Part shown: positions 59,079 through 64,000 of the stretch, piece after piece
Numbering within the stretch: the stretch's first letter is position 1
Layout of the letters: each line of letters starts with the position of its first letter
Virus record (IMG/VR): IMGVR_UViG_3300008954_000005
Span: 1 to 64,000 of that record
DNA from: a virus
Reading direction: 5' to 3' (one strand)
Length of the DNA stretch: 64,000 bases
Notes under the pieces: generated by a model
Told to the model about the DNA's origin: nothing
The model's input: only the letters and a program-made list of their open reading frames with translations
Database searches by the model: none
Translations under genes and position numbers: made by a program

Positions 59079-59426
59079 TTAGTCTCCGAGAAGGAAATTC
59101 TCGAAGGCGGAAGTTGCATCTGTGTTTTCAGGCACATCGGAAATAGATGCAAAGGACAAGTCGGGTGCGGATAGGGCCAATGCTTCTTTGACTACTTCCA
59201 GATCCTTCTTAGAAGCTAGCAATGCAGCTACCTTCTTCTTAAAAGGAACGGCTTTGTCAGAGAATCCACGGGCATCCATCATGCTCACGATTTCTTCCGC
59301 TTTCTCCCGTTGCTCAAAATCTGCCAAAGCAGTTGCGAGCTTGGTGTTCTCTTCTACAAGCGCCCGAAGAACATCGGGAACCTGCGAGAGGACTTCCTTG
59401 GTTGAAGTTGGGTCCATTGTGCTCAT
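59079..59426 (-). CDS. putative scaffold/head protein
   Basis: helical; between protease and capsid. Confidence 0.55.
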   Translation of the reverse strand: MSTMDPTSTKEVLSQVPDVLRALVEENTKLATALADFEQREKAEEIVSMMDARGFSDKAVPFKKKVAALLASKKDLEVVKEALALSAPDLSFASISDVPENTDATSAFENFLLGD

Positions 59427-60166
59427 GACTGTGCCTCCTTACCGACAGTGGCGAGGAGTTTCTCTTTGAGAACCTCTACACCTTGTTTACGGGCTTTCGG
59501 CCCGTTGCCACCACGAACGCCAGCAGTCTTCGCATCCTCATCTGGGACACTCTCCTGAACTTGTTCGTCAGAGCTAAGTGCTGCATTCAGCACATCAGCG
59601 AGGCTTTGATCAACGCTTGCAGCCTTGACCTCTTCCTCGGATGAAGCTTCATTCGAAACTTCGGGTTCGTCGTTACTATAAGGGCTGGTTTCAAAAGCTT
59701 CCTCTAAGGGCTCAACAGAAGCCGTTTCGGGCTTCTCCTCAACCTCAGTCTCTTCTTCTGAAGAACCAGATCGTAGGGCTAGCAGTCTGCCTAATACATT
59801 TTGGGCAACCTGCGAAGCCTGCTGATCTTCTTCTACGGTTTCCGTTTCCGTCTTCTTAGCTAGCTGCGCTTGTAGGCGCTCACGCATAAGATCGGAAATT
59901 TGGGAAACGTTTTCAACCACAGGCGTTTCTTCTGTGACTTCAGAAGCAACAGGCGCTGCGGTTTCGGATACTTGCGTTTGGGGCTCTTCTTGCTGATTTG
60001 GATACTGGTCCACGATAAAGTCTACCGCAGAAGCCAATTTCTCTACGAAAACCGGATCAGTTAATGAATCAGATAAAACCGTTGCTTCTTCAACAATCGG
60101 TTCTGCCGCAGAAACAGAAGAGTTCGCCCCAGCAAGTTTTTGAATGAGTGTGTCTAAAGATGACAT
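59423..60166 (-). CDS. acidic putative scaffolding/core protein
   Basis: very acidic; multiple K-x-A motifs. Confidence 0.6.
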   Translation of the reverse strand: MSSLDTLIQKLAGANSSVSAAEPIVEEATVLSDSLTDPVFVEKLASAVDFIVDQYPNQQEEPQTQVSETAAPVASEVTEETPVVENVSQISDLMRERLQAQLAKKTETETVEEDQQASQVAQNVLGRLLALRSGSSEEETEVEEKPETASVEPLEEAFETSPYSNDEPEVSNEASSEEEVKAASVDQSLADVLNAALSSDEQVQESVPDEDAKTAGVRGGNGPKARKQGVEVLKEKLLATVGKEAQS

Positions 60167-60332
60167 TTTTCCCTATCTCCTGGGGATAACCCCTGGCTGA
60201 GTTTCCCCAGCCAGGGGGTCTCTCATTGTACTTCTGTGGCTAGGTTCAATAATATTACGGACTAATAGAGTAAGCAAACCGTATCTACCAATTAAATTAG
60301 TTAATTCTGAGTGCTTACCCAACATAGTTCGC

Positions 60333-60986
60333 TTACTGATCCCCGTAGATGGCCTGGGCGATAGCGTTGACGTCGTAGCCAGCTTCGTTAAGAAGCTCAC
60401 CGGCACGCGACATCACAGCCGTCTCAAGCTCCTCGTCGTCAAAAGCAGAGGACTGCTTCGACGTACCATCGGTATCGATGAAGTCGAGGATCTCCTGGGC
60501 GCGAGTCAGCGCAGCATCTTCAAACTGCTGCATTACTTCGGGGCTAATCTCGGGCTCACCCGCTACAGCCTCGTCGCCAGCAGTCTTCAGAAAGTGGTCG
60601 CTCTTACGAGCGCCAGCAGTCTTCTCAGTGCCATCGGTCTGAATGGACGTGAGTTCATCGTAGAACGCATGAGCCATAGTGCGGCCAAGGAAATCAGCTT
60701 CAGCCAACTTGGCCTCGCCTTCCTCTACCTCACCACCCTCAGTGGTCTCCGTGGTCTCCGTGGTCTCGTCGCCTTCAGCGGCGGCGGTCTTCTCCGTCTC
60801 ACCCATAGCCTCGGTGATGATCTCAAGAATATCGTTGTCGTCAAACTCATTAAGGTCGATACCTTCAGCGGTAGCGATCTTCTCAAGTTCTTCCAAAAGG
60901 ACGGCCTCAGCAGTCTTCTCCGTGTCACCGGAGTTGGCCTGAATGTTAGCCTCGGTTCCGTATGCCTGTGCAAGCAATTCGTTCAT
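60333..60986 (-). CDS. acidic putative scaffolding/core protein
   Basis: AGGAGGG RBS; repeated EKTA. Confidence 0.65.
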   Translation of the reverse strand: MNELLAQAYGTEANIQANSGDTEKTAEAVLLEELEKIATAEGIDLNEFDDNDILEIITEAMGETEKTAAAEGDETTETTETTEGGEVEEGEAKLAEADFLGRTMAHAFYDELTSIQTDGTEKTAGARKSDHFLKTAGDEAVAGEPEISPEVMQQFEDAALTRAQEILDFIDTDGTSKQSSAFDDEELETAVMSRAGELLNEAGYDVNAIAQAIYGDQ

Positions 60987-61086
60987 TTTAGTACCCTCCT
61001 AGGGTGTTTTCAGGTTTAGTTTGCACTCGTTACTTTGCCAAGGCACCATCTTCGGCTGAATATTCGGCCTAAATACCTCATGGCGA

Positions 61087-62772
61087 TTAATCAATCTTAG
61101 CAATTGCCTTCTCCCAAGCTCTACCGAGATGACCCTTACTATGAGCCTTAAGCCCTAGACGAGTCAGCCCTACCAGTACAGAGGTTGCCAAGATTGGATG
61201 TCGCTCCACAAATCGATCAAGTGCGCTGATGTCCTGTCCGGAACCTCGCTTCTTTCGAACGTTGGCCCCGTAAAGATACATAAGTGGAAACACTCCCAAG
61301 AGAGCACTAGGTAGCCCTTTTCCCTCTTTGGTAAGTTCGTGTCCCATAAATGCGTCTTCTAGTTCCACGCCATTGTCGATTGTAGAAAGCAACTTTATAT
61401 CACCTCTGGTAATATCCTCAACTATGGAGCCTATTTTCTCCAATAATTGTTCGCGGTACCCATTGTAACCTGCTGCGATCTTACTAAGAAGAGCATTTTC
61501 TTCGTCTGTGAGATCAACATTGGTTTCTCCAAGTTTCCGCATACCCAGCATACGCTGTGCTTGGGGGTTTGTAGAAGCCCCTGTGGATTTAATGATAATT
61601 ATACGTTTGCGCAATACGGGCTCAAACATACTCCGTTGTTGTACGGAATTTAATAACAGATTTCTTATTAAAGAGGAATGGTCAGATGGAGCACCAATTC
61701 GGATGCTCTTATCCACCATTGGCGACGGATTGAATACGTGTCCTGCATTGTCGAGACGATTTGCCAAACTAGGTCTTCCGATCCTAATGAGTATTATTCT
61801 CTGATACTCCTTAGGCTTTAACACAATTCCACCAGCAGATGCAGTAGTTAATACTTTCTCTACCGGATGCCTAGCTAATCTATCAAGAAGGCTGGTCTTG
61901 AGATCTGGTTCTGTGTCGGCAACTGGCTTTATGTGCTTCGCAGACAAGGCGGGGACCTGCTTCAACAATTCAGAAGTTTTCCTCTTGTTAGCCAACTTCT
62001 CCCGAAGAGACTCAAGAGCAACCCCATCCCGAAGACCCCCAGTTTCAGCGGCTAGGGCGGAAGAACCACCGAAGACAGAAGCCACTTTAGCCATTGCATA
62101 ACTAGTTCTGTCTGCCCCTATGATGACAAAACTAATGTCAAAGAATCTAGGTCGGGGGTTGTAGACAAACACCTTTCTACCATCCGGAAAGATTTTGCCC
62201 ATCATAGTCTTGGTGTGTACGCAGTAGTCTTTTCTCGTCTTGGACTTATGCCCACAGATCGAGCAGACATCGTACTTTACCTTACACCCCATACTGACAG
62301 CGGGATGCTCACCAGCATCCAACTTTCGAACTAAATCCTCATGCCCCACTTCGGAAGCTTTTTCTCGATCAATTCGAATGATCAACTCGACTCTGTGCAT
62401 AACGGGGTTGTAACAAGCACAAACAATCTCCCCCATAGAGCGGCTGATGTCTTTGTTTTTGTGGTGCCTGTACACACCAGACTTCTTGAACGTTTTGTAC
62501 CCCGAAAGCTCAGTGTCTGTTTTGGGAGCGAGTTCGGACTCCTCAAAATAGTCCCCATTGATATTACTACCGTAATACTCACCGGCACCGAGAGCATTAA
62601 CTAGAACATACAAGTGTTTGTCTGACGGACTGATCCCATCAATGTGGCTTTTAATCGTATCGTGGAGGTCTGAGTGAGAGGCCTGCTTTACCAACCCCTC
62701 GGTTGGATTAATGGCCTGCACAAAGATGTTTCCATCTTCATCTGATCCGGGGAATGTGAGTAACTTAAGCAT
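61087..62772 (-). CDS. putative prohead maturation protease
   Basis: NINGDYF, YRHHKN, VSMGCKVKYDVCSICGH, FFDISFVIIGAD. Confidence 0.75.
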   Translation of the reverse strand: MLKLLTFPGSDEDGNIFVQAINPTEGLVKQASHSDLHDTIKSHIDGISPSDKHLYVLVNALGAGEYYGSNINGDYFEESELAPKTDTELSGYKTFKKSGVYRHHKNKDISRSMGEIVCACYNPVMHRVELIIRIDREKASEVGHEDLVRKLDAGEHPAVSMGCKVKYDVCSICGHKSKTRKDYCVHTKTMMGKIFPDGRKVFVYNPRPRFFDISFVIIGADRTSYAMAKVASVFGGSSALAAETGGLRDGVALESLREKLANKRKTSELLKQVPALSAKHIKPVADTEPDLKTSLLDRLARHPVEKVLTTASAGGIVLKPKEYQRIILIRIGRPSLANRLDNAGHVFNPSPMVDKSIRIGAPSDHSSLIRNLLLNSVQQRSMFEPVLRKRIIIIKSTGASTNPQAQRMLGMRKLGETNVDLTDEENALLSKIAAGYNGYREQLLEKIGSIVEDITRGDIKLLSTIDNGVELEDAFMGHELTKEGKGLPSALLGVFPLMYLYGANVRKKRGSGQDISALDRFVERHPILATSVLVGLTRLGLKAHSKGHLGRAWEKAIAKID

Positions 62773-63499
62773 TCGAAGCTCCCAACCCTTGGATAGTCTT
62801 AAGAAGACGGCGCTCGCTCGGGAGCAGTTTTCGCTTCTTATCTAGTCTATCACGGAGAGCCTTAGCCATAATAAACCCTCTATACTTTGTATCTGCGGCG
62901 GAAGTCGAACTGTTTAACACGGCTCCACCCGCCCTAGCCAGCGCTGATCCCGGCATTACGGCTGTAATTGCTGCTGCTGTTAAGCCCATCTTTTTGGGAG
63001 ACCAATAGATGTCTTCTGCCTTTTGGAGGCCTGTGGACTTTATCCGAGAACGCTTAGGGAATCTACGGATATCCGCCACCCGCGACAACGCCTCTTTCTC
63101 AGAGCGACTGAGTTTTTTACCGGCCTGAATCTTATGTGCCAAGTTATCGGCGTAAGCTTTCCTCTCGAACTTGGCAGTCAACCCAGAAAGTCCCGCACCA
63201 AGAGCGGTAGCAGTACCTATACTCCCCTTACTTAGAAGGCCACCAGAAGCAAGCGTCTTATTTATCGCAGCATTGGCCCTTGTAGATGGACCAAAGCCAA
63301 GCTCTAGTTGTCTGTTCCTTTTAAGGGGAAGACGGCTAGCCCGCTCAAAAACCTTGCTAGTGATGGCACGAGCCGCACGGGTGCCTAACGCCTTTCGCAT
63401 TGCGATAAGCGTTCCAGCCGTTACGGCCCCTGACGTTAAAGCCTTTCCGGGTGCCCCAGTTAGCTTTTCATACAGGGTAGTTTTACCCTCATCCGCCAC
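62765..63499 (-). CDS. basic Gly/Ala-rich virion protein
   Basis: head module position. Confidence 0.55.
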   Translation of the reverse strand: MADEGKTTLYEKLTGAPGKALTSGAVTAGTLIAMRKALGTRAARAITSKVFERASRLPLKRNRQLELGFGPSTRANAAINKTLASGGLLSKGSIGTATALGAGLSGLTAKFERKAYADNLAHKIQAGKKLSRSEKEALSRVADIRRFPKRSRIKSTGLQKAEDIYWSPKKMGLTAAAITAVMPGSALARAGGAVLNSSTSAADTKYRGFIMAKALRDRLDKKRKLLPSERRLLKTIQGLGASNA

Positions 63500-64000
63500 C
63501 GGCAGCAGCCCCCATCATTGCCTGAAGAAGAGATTCCTTACCCCTGGAGTCAGACCTCATCTTGTTGATCTCAGCTAAAGTCTTCACATCCTGCGGCTGG
63601 ATTCCTTCATCCTTGTATTGCAAGGATCGGCGCATGAACGACCCGGCTACCAGTGGATCCTTGGCCATGTCGGGGTTGAAGGTGTGCAGCGTGCGGAAGA
63701 TCTTCTTTACGTCGCCTTGGTCTTCTTTCTTGAGGTTGGGGTTCTCATCCATCATCGCATTGAAAGCCTTCCGTTGACGGATAGGCCCTCCAATCGAATC
63801 AATGGCTGCGTCAGCGCCCCTGATACCAGCAGTTAAGCCAGCAGCGCCCAGACCAAGACCCAGAACCTTTTCGCCAGTAGACAGGTCTGCTACACGGCGA
63901 GACAACATCCCACCCTGCGACGGATCAACATTGATCCCAAAACGTCTCCCAAAACCACCTACTCGACGTCCAAGTGCAGCCCTTAGTGCCTGTAGACGAC
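63489..64000 (-). CDS. head-region protein (5' end probably outside window)
   Basis: frame stays open to the window edge; FNPDMAKDPLVAGSFMR motif. Confidence 0.6.
   Translation of the reverse strand, partial: RLQALRAALGRRVGGFGRRFGINVDPSQGGMLSRRVADLSTGEKVLGLGLGAAGLTAGIRGADAAIDSIGGPIRQRKAFNAMMDENPNLKKEDQGDVKKIFRTLHTFNPDMAKDPLVAGSFMRRSLQYKDEGIQPQDVKTLAEINKMRSDSRGKESLLQAMMGAAAGGG

Overview
This 64 kb window looks like part of a large tailed (myovirus-type) bacteriophage genome. Homology calls come from motif recognition by eye, not database searches. Bases 1-45 kb hold mostly early/middle genes. These include many small hypothetical ORFs, a SET-domain protein, an amidase endolysin, an HD hydrolase, an HNH nuclease, an ADP-ribosyltransferase-like protein, a metallophosphoesterase, a class II ribonucleotide reductase, four tRNAs (Lys-UUU, Leu-UAA, Ile-UAU, Arg-UCU), a deaminase and a lytic transglycosylase. 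Bases 45-64 kb are a minus-strand virion module with prohead protease, scaffold/internal proteins, major capsid, neck, a very large tail sheath, tail tube and holin-like genes. The top observation is an apparently complete phage-encoded ubiquitin-like conjugation operon at 34.9-38.2 kb: a Ubl ending GG-F, an E2-like protein, a JAB/JAMM protease and an E1/ThiF enzyme. The second is a ParB gene preceded by six YGACA-N10-TGTCA palindromes that heads an operon of Ycf46-type AAA, RecA-like, DUF2997, radical SAM and DUF1257 genes. Other points are a likely -1 frameshifted tail-assembly-chaperone pair, a recurring K-x-A motif in head proteins, shared promoter/terminator/RBS motifs and several structured non-coding RNA candidates.
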